A stretch of 64,000 nt of DNA from Clostridia bacterium (GTDB lineage Bacteria; Bacillota; Clostridia; UMGS1840): assembly GCA_017625695.1 (NCBI GenBank), contig JAGAKI010000069.1, positions 2,228 through 66,227 on the forward strand, given 5' to 3'. This document shows positions 8,786-17,265 of this stretch, one piece after another (the first letter of the stretch is position 1; each line of letters opens with the position of its first letter). The translations under genes and the position numbers were made by a program. A model generated the notes under the pieces. The model did no database searches and was not told the DNA's origin. It worked only from the letters and a program-made list of their open reading frames with translations.

Positions 8786-8813
8786 GAAAAAGGGAGGAGA
8801 AAAGTCTCCTCCC
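8786..8813 (-). terminator. intrinsic terminator directly after the capsid gene
   Basis: On the minus strand, GGGAGGAG-acuuuu-CTCCTCCC followed by TTTTT. It lies 16 nt upstream of the next start codon. Confidence 0.6.
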
Positions 8814-8932
8814 TTCTGTTGATAGGGAAACGGGAAAAACTTTTAAACTGGCACACCGAACCATAAGCATACCAAGTGTCTGCCCGGTGATACGGTTTGT
8901 TTTCCGAAGCTTTTTCCCATTTCCTTTTTACA

Positions 8933-10081
8933 TTACACAGTAATTCCTGTGAGTCTTGCCTGACCGCCCGGGTGGTCACACATTAACTCGCCGTATTTGG
9001 CAAGCACAGCGGTCCAGGCAGGTTTTCCGGCAATCTGTTTTAAGATTTTGCCGTCATCATCCAGCCAATCCCAATCGGACAGAACGTGCATTGCAAACGA
9101 TTTGGAGTTCAACAAATCCATCGTGCCGTCAGGACAGTGACGGTCTGCAACCACGGGAATTCCACCAAAGGAAATTGCCTGGAAACCGCCCTCTAAGGTC
9201 AAGGGATCAATATTTCTTCTGGTTAATTCCAGATAAGACAGATAACTTCTTCTCACATCGTAGGAACAGGAAATATAGTCCACGGTGGAGCCGGCGGTTT
9301 CTTCCAGATAGTCGATGGCAGTCTGAATTTTCAAATCAGAAATTTCACCGGTATTTGCCGACAGATAGGGCATCATCCAGTAATTTTCCGCACGGTTCAC
9401 ACCGTAAAGAGTCTGAGTAGTATCGGAATTAAAAATGGCACCTAAGCCGGTGAGTTCCTTTCCGTAAGAATTCTGAACGGTTATCTTATCTCCCTCTGAC
9501 GCAGAGGTTGCCGAATCCAGTACCAGAACTTTTTCTGCACGGTTAATGGCAATAATTCGTTTGCCTTTTTCCGTATAGGAGGGACCGATGATATCGATAA
9601 TCATCCCTTCCATCAGATACTTAACCGAATCGACAAAAATCTGATTTGCTGCTGCTACCATAACGGTTGCAATCACACCGCTGCCGTCGGTAAATAAAGC
9701 TCTGGAATAGTTGAATTTGGCAGCTTCTAAGATGCCTTTCATTTCCTCAGTGAGTAAATCCACAAAGGAATTGGTGTTCAGACGTGATGCTTTCATGGCT
9801 TTATCGGAAATTTCGATTACTCCATACATATCTTTGGTGGTAGTCTCAAAATGAGTGTAGTTGTTGGAACCTGCTTTGGGCAAACTGCCGGAATCGGAAG
9901 AAAAACCGAAGCCGCCATTTAATGCATAGGGAGCAAGTCTTACCACCTTGTTACCGATGATGTTTTTGGAGGTTGTAACAATTTTGTTGTAAAAAGGGTT
10001 GGTGTTTGTGTTTAACTGGTTTCTTAAAACGTCCAGATAATAGCTTTTTAAAGCCACGTCTGCTGTGTTGGTAGTAATCAT
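8933..10081 (-). CDS. phage major capsid protein (HK97-fold type)
   Basis: 382 aa. Typical capsid-family layout (MYGVIEISDKAMKAS..., ...GGFQAISFGGIPVVADRHCPDGTMDLL...). It directly follows a scaffold-like gene. Confidence 0.8.
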   Translation of the reverse strand: MITTNTADVALKSYYLDVLRNQLNTNTNPFYNKIVTTSKNIIGNKVVRLAPYALNGGFGFSSDSGSLPKAGSNNYTHFETTTKDMYGVIEISDKAMKASRLNTNSFVDLLTEEMKGILEAAKFNYSRALFTDGSGVIATVMVAAANQIFVDSVKYLMEGMIIDIIGPSYTEKGKRIIAINRAEKVLVLDSATSASEGDKITVQNSYGKELTGLGAIFNSDTTQTLYGVNRAENYWMMPYLSANTGEISDLKIQTAIDYLEETAGSTVDYISCSYDVRRSYLSYLELTRRNIDPLTLEGGFQAISFGGIPVVADRHCPDGTMDLLNSKSFAMHVLSDWDWLDDDGKILKQIAGKPAWTAVLAKYGELMCDHPGGQARLTGITV

Positions 10082-10124
10082 AATTGCGAAGTCCTTTCTT
10101 TTCGTTACAGGTAAGAGATTTCTC

Positions 10125-10658
10125 TTACTGTTTTACCATCTGAAGAAACAAGTCTCCTGCTTCTTCAAAAGTTTTTGGTTTGGTGCCCGGAGTGGTATAA
10201 AACTCACCGCCTTGTCCGGCAATCATTGCCGGGGGCATCTGAGACAGACTGCTCGCATACTCACGATAGATGTGGGGCGGAGTTGTAAGCATCCGTTTGA
10301 CAAAGGTGAAGGCAGCCTGGTTATCCAAAGACAAAAGCTCAGGATTTTCGGTCAGATAAGAGATAAATTCGTAAGCCCGATCAGTTAAGGCGTGCTCCTG
10401 TAAGAATTGATCAAGGTCACTTTGGAATACTGCAGTTTCATCCGGGATAGCGGAATCCTTCAGGAGTTCACGTGCCTCTTTTAATTCTTCTCTGGTCTGG
10501 GAAATAAATTTTTCGCTTTCGCGATAGGCTTTTTCCAATTCGGAATAATCTTTGAATTTCCCGAGAATCAGAGGAGGTTCTCCCCCGTTCCCGTCCTGAT
10601 CGGTCTCAAGTGAAGGTTGGAGAGACTCCAACTGAGTTTCATTGGGATTATCAATCAT
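10125..10658 (-). CDS. phage capsid scaffolding protein (tentative)
   Basis: Start moved to ATG 10658 (MIDNPNETQLE) behind AGGAAGG. Acidic, helix-prone, with GKFKDYSELEKAYRESEKF, a pattern common in scaffolds. Located immediately upstream of the capsid gene. Confidence 0.6.
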   Translation of the reverse strand: MIDNPNETQLESLQPSLETDQDGNGGEPPLILGKFKDYSELEKAYRESEKFISQTREELKEARELLKDSAIPDETAVFQSDLDQFLQEHALTDRAYEFISYLTENPELLSLDNQAAFTFVKRMLTTPPHIYREYASSLSQMPPAMIAGQGGEFYTTPGTKPKTFEEAGDLFLQMVKQ

Positions 10659-10909
10659 TTTGGTTCCTTCCTTTCTGTATATCAAAATGTTTGCCGGAAT
10701 ACCGTTATCACTACCACATCCGGGACTTCTTGCGGCTTCCGTCTCACACAGTATGTCAAATTCCAACCCCTTTTACAAGTTCAACATTTTACCCGCTTTT
10801 TCGTCACATCAAAAGGCAGAAACACAAGAATCCCATTCCTATTTACCAAATAAACATTTTTCCCCCACCAATTCGGTAAATAAAAATACAGAAATTCGCC
10901 AAGAGTTTC

Positions 10910-10938
10910 TTGACAATAGAAGAAAAAAGTAGTATAAT
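10910..10938 (+). promoter_or_regulatory. consensus sigma-A promoter TTGACA-17 nt-TATAAT for serC-serA
   Basis: Exact hexamers at 10910-10915 and 10933-10938. Confidence 0.75.
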
Positions 10939-11031
10939 TGTTCTAATCATCCATCGGATATTGTTAAAATATAAACAATCCGTGGTGAAATGACATCAAA
11001 AAACTTGTGAAATCAGATTGGAGTACGGATT

Positions 11032-12114
11032 ATGAAAAGAGTTTATAATTTCAGTGCAGGCCCCTCTGCCCTGCCCGAAGAAGTATTGAAAAAAGCTGCT
11101 GACCAGATGTTGGATGCTTACGGTGCAGGAATGTCCGTTATGGAAATGAGCCATCGCTCCAAGGACTATCAGGCAATTATCGACCGTGCAGAAGAACTGT
11201 TCCGTGAACTGATGGGAATCCCCGAAGAATATGCAGTATTATTTCTGCAGGGCGGTGCATCCTCTCAGTTTGCTATGATTCCTTTAAATTTAATGACCAA
11301 AAACGGCAAAGGCGACTATGTCATCACCGGTCAATGGGCGAAAAAAGCTTATCAGGAAGGTGCACACTACGGAGATGCGTATCAGGTAGCATCTTCTGCC
11401 GATAAAACCTTCTCCTATATTCCCAAATTGGATCGCTCCATGTTCCGTCCCGATGCGGATTTTGTACATATCACCTTAAACAACACCATCTACGGAACCA
11501 AGTTCAACGAACTGCCCGATGTGGGTAATGTTCCTCTTATCGCAGATATTTCTTCCTGCATCCTGTCTGAAGAATTAGACGTAACCAAATTCGGTATGCT
11601 CTATGCAGGTGCACAGAAAAACATCGGTCCCGCAGGTCTCACCGTGGTGATCATCCGAAAAGACCTGATCGGTAATGCAATGGATATCTGCCCCATTATG
11701 TTCAACTACCAGACTCACTTAGATTCCGGTTCTATGTATAACACTCCCCCCACCTATGCAATCTATATCTGCAAACTGGTGCTGGAATGGTTAAAAGACT
11801 TGGGAGGCGTAGAAAAAATCCAGGAATTAAACTACAAAAAAGCAAAAATTCTCTATGATTATCTGGATTCTTCCGATTTCTTCACCGGAACGGTTGTAAA
11901 AGAAGACCGTTCCATTATGAACATTCCCTTCCTGTCTCCCTCCGATGAACTGAACAAAAAATTCATCGCAGAAGCAAAAGAAGCAGGCTTTGTTAATCTG
12001 GCAGGTCACCGTTCCGTGGGCGGTATGCGTGCAAGTATCTACAATGCAATGCCTGTAGAAGGTGTTCAGGCATTGGTTGACTTTATGAAGAAATTTGAAG
12101 CAGAAAACAAATAG
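11032..12114 (+). CDS. serC: phosphoserine aminotransferase
   Basis: 360 aa. N-terminus MKRVYNFSAGPSALPEEVL is typical of SerC. Confidence 0.95.
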   Translation: MKRVYNFSAGPSALPEEVLKKAADQMLDAYGAGMSVMEMSHRSKDYQAIIDRAEELFRELMGIPEEYAVLFLQGGASSQFAMIPLNLMTKNGKGDYVITGQWAKKAYQEGAHYGDAYQVASSADKTFSYIPKLDRSMFRPDADFVHITLNNTIYGTKFNELPDVGNVPLIADISSCILSEELDVTKFGMLYAGAQKNIGPAGLTVVIIRKDLIGNAMDICPIMFNYQTHLDSGSMYNTPPTYAIYICKLVLEWLKDLGGVEKIQELNYKKAKILYDYLDSSDFFTGTVVKEDRSIMNIPFLSPSDELNKKFIAEAKEAGFVNLAGHRSVGGMRASIYNAMPVEGVQALVDFMKKFEAENK

Positions 12115-12132
12115 AAAGGCGGCTTATGTGGT

Positions 12133-13287
12133 ATGAAAATCGCTACGTTAAACAAAATCTCCGATATCGGCTTAAATGAACTGAGACCCGCTTATGAAAT
12201 CAGCGATGATTTGAACGGTGCAGCAGGGATTTTAGTAAGAAGTGCAGCAATGCACGAAATAGAATTTGACAAAGAACTCCACGCCATTGCAAGAGCAGGT
12301 GCAGGGGTAAACAATATTCCCATTGACAGATGTGCTGATGAAGGGATTGTAGTATTCAACACTCCCGGTGCCAATGCGAACGCAGTAAAAGAACTGGTAA
12401 TCGCAGGTCTCTTAATGGCATCCCGTGATTTGCTCGGCGGCAATGCCTGGGCAAAAACCTTAACCGAAGACGTTGCCAAAGCTGTAGAAAAAGGAAAAGG
12501 TATGTTTGCAGGCTGTGAAATCGCCGGCAAAACCTTAGGCGTTATCGGTTTGGGTGCTATTGGTGCAAAAGTGGCTAACACCGCCCTGGATTTAGGGATG
12601 AAAGTAATCGGCTATGACCCTTTCATTTCTATCGACGGTGCCTGGAGAATTTCAAAAAACGTTGCTCATGCAACCGATTTAAAACAAATTTATGAAAACT
12701 GTGACTATATCACCATTCATGTACCTCTGACTCCTGATACCAAAGGTTTCATCAACAACGAAACCATCAGTCAGATGAAACAGGGCGTAGTCATCTTAAA
12801 CTACTCCAGAGCGGGACTGGTATCTGACGACGGCATCAAAGCAGGCCTCTCCAGCGGAAAAGTACGTCGCTATGTAACTGACTTCCCCGACGGCGATATT
12901 GCATCCTACCCGGGTGTTATCGCATTCCCCCACTTGGGTGCCTCCACCGAAGAATCTGAAGAAAACTGTGCTTATATGGCAGCGATTCAGTTAAAGGATT
13001 ACTTAGAAAACGGTAATATCAAAAATTCTGTCAACTATCCTGAAATGAACTGTGCAAGAATCCCCGGTCAGAAACGTGTGGTAGTGCTTCACAAAAACAT
13101 TCCCGCAATGCTGTCTCAGATTTCCGGTGAATTTTCCAAATTATCTTTAAACATTGATAATCTGCAAAACCGTTCCAAAAAAGAATACGCTTGCACCGTA
13201 TTGGATGTAGCAGGTGATATTCCTGCAGATACCGAAACAGCCTTAAAAGCGATTGACGGCGTAATCCGCGTTCGCATTTTAGACTAA
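12133..13287 (+). CDS. serA: D-3-phosphoglycerate dehydrogenase
   Basis: 384 aa with NAD-binding GVIGLGAIGAKVA and a C-terminal ACT-like segment. Adjacent to serC. Confidence 0.9.
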   Translation: MKIATLNKISDIGLNELRPAYEISDDLNGAAGILVRSAAMHEIEFDKELHAIARAGAGVNNIPIDRCADEGIVVFNTPGANANAVKELVIAGLLMASRDLLGGNAWAKTLTEDVAKAVEKGKGMFAGCEIAGKTLGVIGLGAIGAKVANTALDLGMKVIGYDPFISIDGAWRISKNVAHATDLKQIYENCDYITIHVPLTPDTKGFINNETISQMKQGVVILNYSRAGLVSDDGIKAGLSSGKVRRYVTDFPDGDIASYPGVIAFPHLGASTEESEENCAYMAAIQLKDYLENGNIKNSVNYPEMNCARIPGQKRVVVLHKNIPAMLSQISGEFSKLSLNIDNLQNRSKKEYACTVLDVAGDIPADTETALKAIDGVIRVRILD

Positions 13288-13353
13288 TATCCGGTCTGAT
13301 AAAAGGCGCATAACCTTTTCTCTGCACCTTAACTTGTGTAAACGAAACCAAAT

Positions 13354-13388
13354 AAAAAACAGTTATCCAATCGGATAACTGTTTTTTT
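13354..13388. terminator. intrinsic terminator after serA
   Basis: CAGTTATCC-aatc-GGATAACTG flanked by A6 and T7. Confidence 0.8.
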
Positions 13389-13399
13389 ACGGAAAAATA

Positions 13400-13428
13400 T
13401 TTACAAACGGAAAAACTTGTGTTATAAT
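13400..13428 (+). promoter_or_regulatory. promoter TTTACA-17 nt-TATAAT with upstream TG (extended -10)
   Basis: Hexamers at 13400-13405 and 13423-13428, with TGT immediately before TATAAT. Confidence 0.6.
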
Positions 13429-13432
13429 AATT

Positions 13433-13602
13433 CTGCGACATAAATTCAATATGATTCCTATTAAAGTGTGTATTTTTATACCTTTTTGTGTAAAAATGCA
13501 GGCTCTGTTTCAGCATGCTTTAATAGGATGAATGAATTTGTGTCGCAGCAAAAGGAGCTGTGCATTTTTCATGCGTGGCGTTCCAAACGCTACGCATTTT
13601 TT
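13433..13602 (+). promoter_or_regulatory. structured 5' leader with internal intrinsic terminator (attenuator or riboswitch-like, class unknown)
   Basis: 16-nt arms CTGCGACATAAATTCA (13433-13448) and TGAATTTGTGTCGCAG (13533-13548) are complementary at 15 of 16 positions. The terminator ATGCGTGGCGT-tccaa-ACGCTACGCAT plus T5 (13571-13602) sits 40 nt before the start codon. Confidence 0.5.
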
Positions 13603-13642
13603 ATGTCCGGCAATACACGAATGTCCCAAAGGAGGAAAAAAC

Positions 13643-14740
13643 ATGAAACAAAACATCAAAAGTCTGGTTTCCGGCATTGTCATCGGTTCTCTGTTAACCG
13701 GTGGAATCACCTTTGCAAAAACAGGAAACGAAACTCTGGAAGCCTGGTATTCCAACATCAAGCTCTATATCAACGGAACCCAGCTTACCCCAAAAGATGC
13801 CAATGGTAATCCGACAGAACCTTTCATCGTAAACGGAACCACCTATCTCCCCATCCGTGCCGTTGGAGAAGCCTTGGAAAAAGACGTGCGCTGGGACGGT
13901 ACCACCAACAGCGTCTACTTAACCGACAAAACACAACCCACACCCAAACCTACCGAAACCATCGAACCGGAAGAAACACCCCAACCGACTGTCACTCCCA
14001 CAGAAACACCCAAACCAACCGAATTGCCTGCCCCCACCGAATATTCCTACACCACCAAACAAATTCTGCAAATTTCCGGTTATCGGGAAAAAGCCATCAA
14101 AGGAGAAGTTACAACCGCCTGGGATTCCAACTCTGCCAATGCTGTTTTTCAGGCAAAAATGCGGTGCAACAACGGCGGACTGGCAGATTATGTTGACTGT
14201 GAAATCACACTGACAGAAGTAATTTCCACCAAAGATAACGGCTTCACCGGCTATTTTAACGTTTCTATGAATGATTCGATACGACACAAAAACATCAAAG
14301 GAACCGTTACCGTAGAAGGTACCAAGCTTTCCTTACATACCGAAGAATATGACTATAAACTGACAGCTATGCTTCCCCAATCAGAAGAACCTTCTAAAAC
14401 CGAGTCTGCCACATTTTACAGCCTCCAGGCCACTTCGTTTGACGGCAAAAAAGCAACCGGTCTCATCGGTCTGGATTTTTCACAAGACCCCTCCGCTCCC
14501 GATTTCAGCGGTACCTTTACCGCAGGAGAGCAAAGTTACACCTTGGAATTAAACGAACTCACCTCCGTTTCTGACAATCAGATGACAGGCGTTTTCTCCG
14601 TCATCTGTGACGGAGAACCCCTCGTAGACCAGGCAAACGGCACCATAAAAAACTTATCTGCTCCCTTAGGTGAGGTCATGGAGTTGACCATTGAAGACTT
14701 TGCCACCTTACAGCTTCGGGTCGTAGAAATCGGATATTAA
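13643..14740 (+). CDS. secreted copper-amine-oxidase N-terminal-domain (stalk-like) protein
   Basis: Start moved to ATG 13643 behind AAAGGAGG. Signal/TM segment MKQNIKSLVSGIVIGSLLTGG, a NGTTYLPIRAVGEALEKDVRWDG motif, and a Pro/Thr/Glu linker. Confidence 0.7.
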   Translation: MKQNIKSLVSGIVIGSLLTGGITFAKTGNETLEAWYSNIKLYINGTQLTPKDANGNPTEPFIVNGTTYLPIRAVGEALEKDVRWDGTTNSVYLTDKTQPTPKPTETIEPEETPQPTVTPTETPKPTELPAPTEYSYTTKQILQISGYREKAIKGEVTTAWDSNSANAVFQAKMRCNNGGLADYVDCEITLTEVISTKDNGFTGYFNVSMNDSIRHKNIKGTVTVEGTKLSLHTEEYDYKLTAMLPQSEEPSKTESATFYSLQATSFDGKKATGLIGLDFSQDPSAPDFSGTFTAGEQSYTLELNELTSVSDNQMTGVFSVICDGEPLVDQANGTIKNLSAPLGEVMELTIEDFATLQLRVVEIGY

Positions 14741-14767
14741 CAGTTTTTCACGCACGCATAACACCAT

Positions 14768-14803
14768 ACAACCACCGACCTTGCCGGTGGTTGTTTTCTT
14801 TTT
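14768..14803 (+). terminator. intrinsic terminator
   Basis: ACAACCACCG-accttgc-CGGTGGTTGT followed by a T-rich run. Confidence 0.75.
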
Positions 14804-14826
14804 CCATAGGAATTCGCCAAAAGTTC

Positions 14827-14855
14827 TTGATTTTTTCACAATCTTACGCTATAAT
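14827..14855 (+). promoter_or_regulatory. promoter TTGATT-17 nt-TATAAT
   Basis: Hexamers at 14827-14832 and 14850-14855, upstream of the DUF1385-prmC genes. Confidence 0.6.
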
Positions 14856-14925
14856 TACAGTAGGAATTTATAGGCTGTAAAACCATAGCCAAAAACGAAC
14901 TCTCCACAAGAAAGGAATTTGATAT

Positions 14926-15879
14926 ATGGAACAGAAAAAATGTACGCCTACCTCCATTGGCGGTCAGGCGGTAATCGAAGGGATTATGATGAAAGGTCCC
15001 AGCTGTATGGCAACCGCAATCCGGAAATCAGACGGCTCTATTTTAGTGGACAAACAGGAATCTTCTTCTTTTATCCGCAAATATAAATTAAACAAAATCC
15101 CGATTTTACGTGGATTTTTAGCATTTTTTGAATCCTTGTTCACCGGTGTAAAATGCCTGATGTTTTCTGCCAAAGAATGTGACCTGGAAGATAACTCCTA
15201 CGAAATGAGCAAAACCGAAAAATGGGTGATGGATAAATTCGGCGACCAGCTGTTTGACATTTTAATGTATGTTTCCGTCCTGATTTCTCTGGTGTTAGGG
15301 GTGGGTCTGTTTATGATTCTGCCCAAGCTGACGGTAGAATGGGTTTCCAAACTCATCGGCACCAACATCCACGAAAGCATTTCTGTGCTCATTGAAGGTG
15401 TCATCCGCATCACTTTATTTGTGATTTATATGCTCTTAATCTCCAAAATGAAAGATATCCATCGGGTATTCCAATACCACGGTGCAGAACACAAAACCAT
15501 TTTTGCTTACGAATACGGCGACGAATTAACTGTGGAAAACGTGAAAAAACATACCCGTTTCCATCCCCGTTGCGGTACCAGCTTTCTGGTGTTGGTAATG
15601 ATTGTATCCATCATTGTATTCTTCTTTGTGCCGGCAACCACTCTCTGGAGTAAAATTCTCTGGAGAATTGCTCTGCTTCCTGTAGTGGCAGGCATTTCTT
15701 ATGAACTTATCAAATACGCAGGAAAATGCTCCAATCCATTCACCAGAGCTTTATCCAAACCCGGTGTATGGCTGCAGCATTTCACCACCAAAGAACCGGA
15801 TGATTCCATGATTGAAGTAGCAATCGCTGCTTTGAAAGCAGTATTACCCGACGATGAAAACGAATCCACCAAATGGTAA
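14926..15879 (+). CDS. DUF1385 domain membrane protein
   Basis: 317 aa with the GGQAVIEGIMMKGP block and several TM segments. It is the conserved partner gene of prmC. Confidence 0.8.
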   Translation: MEQKKCTPTSIGGQAVIEGIMMKGPSCMATAIRKSDGSILVDKQESSSFIRKYKLNKIPILRGFLAFFESLFTGVKCLMFSAKECDLEDNSYEMSKTEKWVMDKFGDQLFDILMYVSVLISLVLGVGLFMILPKLTVEWVSKLIGTNIHESISVLIEGVIRITLFVIYMLLISKMKDIHRVFQYHGAEHKTIFAYEYGDELTVENVKKHTRFHPRCGTSFLVLVMIVSIIVFFFVPATTLWSKILWRIALLPVVAGISYELIKYAGKCSNPFTRALSKPGVWLQHFTTKEPDDSMIEVAIAALKAVLPDDENESTKW

Positions 15880-15886
15880 ATTCCCT

Positions 15887-16714
15887 ATGACAGTCAGAGA
15901 ATTATATGAACAGGGGATTTCTCTTCTTTCCGAACTTGAAACCCCAAAAACCGATGCCCGTGCTATTTTAGAGTATGTTCTGAATTTAGAATTCGGAAAA
16001 CTTCCCCTGATGTTCCCCGAAAATGCAACCGAAATTTCCGGAAAATACCTCAGCCTGATCAAAGAGCGGGCAAACAACAAACCCTTGTCCTATATCACAG
16101 GAAAAAAAGAGTTTTTCTCCCGTGACTTTCACGTGAGAGAAGGGGTTTTGATTCCCCGTCCCGAAACTGAAAATTTAGTTTCCGCAGTACTGGAACGGTT
16201 ACCGGACAAACCCGTCCGGATAGCAGATGTCTGTTCCGGTTCGGGTTGTATTGGTATCACCTTAGCCTTAGAATCAAGCAATCCGGTAGATTTATATGAA
16301 CTATCTCCCGAAGCCATTGCTGTTTCCCAAAAGAATGCCGAACAACTCAACGCAAACAAGATTCAAATATTTCAAACAGACATTCTGTCAGAAAGTTTAC
16401 GTGAAACCTATGATATCATAGTGTCCAACCCGCCATATATTCCCCTTTCGGATATGGACCTTCTGATGCCTGATGTAGTAGATTACGAACCCAAAATGGC
16501 ATTGACCGACGGTGGTGACGGACTGCTGTTTTACCGTCGCCTGGTTGTTTTGGCGGAAAAGCATCTTGCCGATGACGGCATTTTGGCAGTAGAAGTTGGC
16601 ATCAACCTGCACACCCCGGTGGCAGAACTGATGGCACCGTTGGGAAAGGTTGAAATCATTCCCGACTATTTTGGTGTGGAACGGGTTGTGCTTGTAAAAA
16701 AAGGAGCTTTTTAA
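15887..16714 (+). CDS. prmC: release factor glutamine N5-methyltransferase
   Basis: NPPY motif (VSNPPYIP) and SAM-binding DVCSGSGCIG. The start is ambiguous: 15854 in the track, but 15887 avoids overlap with the upstream gene. Confidence 0.85.
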   Translation: MTVRELYEQGISLLSELETPKTDARAILEYVLNLEFGKLPLMFPENATEISGKYLSLIKERANNKPLSYITGKKEFFSRDFHVREGVLIPRPETENLVSAVLERLPDKPVRIADVCSGSGCIGITLALESSNPVDLYELSPEAIAVSQKNAEQLNANKIQIFQTDILSESLRETYDIIVSNPPYIPLSDMDLLMPDVVDYEPKMALTDGGDGLLFYRRLVVLAEKHLADDGILAVEVGINLHTPVAELMAPLGKVEIIPDYFGVERVVLVKKGAF

Positions 16715-17250
16715 TGAAATTAACTGAAAAAACCATAGACAGCAAACTGCATTTTAAAGGCAGAGTCATCAATCTGAGAGAAGACACCGTAGAACTGGAA
16801 AACGGTTCTTTGGCAAGCCGTGAAATTGTGGAACATCCCGGTGGCGTCTGTGTCATCGGAATGGATGAGAATGGAAAAATTCCCATGGTCCGGCAATTCC
16901 GTGCTCCCTTTGGAAGAGTGCTGTTGGAAGTACCCGCCGGAAAATTAAATTACGGTGAAGACCATTTTGAGTGCGGCAAACGGGAATTTTTGGAAGAAAC
17001 CGGCTACGAAGCATCGGAATATGTCTATTTCGGTGCCTTATATCCGTCCGTCGGATTCCTGACCGAAACACTTCACATCTACTATGCCAAAGGTCTGACA
17101 AAAAAAGAACAGCATTTAGATGAAGATGAATTTTTAAATGTGGAATTTTTCACCTTGGACGAACTGCTCGACCTGGTGGAACAAAACGAAATCAAAGATG
17201 CCAAAACCGTAGTTGCCATCTTACGACTGGCACGGTTTTTATCCAAATAA
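16714..17250 (+). CDS. NUDIX hydrolase (ADP-ribose pyrophosphatase-like)
   Basis: Nudix box GKLNYGEDHFECGKREFLEETGY. Confidence 0.85.
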   Translation: MKLTEKTIDSKLHFKGRVINLREDTVELENGSLASREIVEHPGGVCVIGMDENGKIPMVRQFRAPFGRVLLEVPAGKLNYGEDHFECGKREFLEETGYEASEYVYFGALYPSVGFLTETLHIYYAKGLTKKEQHLDEDEFLNVEFFTLDELLDLVEQNEIKDAKTVVAILRLARFLSK

Positions 17251-17265
17251 AACGAGGTAAAAAAG

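Larger units (their letters stand above)
5831..10766 (-). mobile_element. phage-derived structural gene module (remnant or domesticated); no integrase, portal or terminase
   Basis: Six co-oriented ORFs, each with an RBS: scaffold-like, HK97-type capsid-like, two small ORFs, a 597-aa beta-rich protein and a 60-aa TM peptide. Flanked by housekeeping genes. Confidence 0.65.

Noticed and set aside
8933-10081. Capsid-like protein as an encapsulin shell.
   Set aside because: It is preceded by a scaffold-like gene and followed by adaptor- and nozzle-like virion genes. No cargo-type enzyme with a targeting peptide is adjacent. The phage structural context fits better.
5365-10854. Short direct repeats flanking the capsid island (CCAAATAAA at 5365-5373 and 10846-10854; AAAAGGCA near both ends) as att sites.
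   Set aside because: Only 8-9 bp in AT-rich sequence and no integrase, so a chance match is plausible. I keep it only as something to test if related empty sites become available.
12192-12581. Numerous antisense or alternate-frame ORFs of 60-190 aa inside confident genes (for example 12192-12581, 18239-18814, 29038-29439, 32164-32754, 53594-54073, 63287-63850).
   Set aside because: These are shadow ORFs on the opposite strand of, or out of frame within, well-supported CDSs. They have low-complexity or biased composition and no RBS.
13532-13642. Long N-terminal extension of the copper-amine-oxidase-domain ORF (track start 13532).
   Set aside because: There is no RBS at 13532. The extension covers a terminator hairpin. 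A strong AAAGGAGG RBS and a signal peptide begin at 13643.
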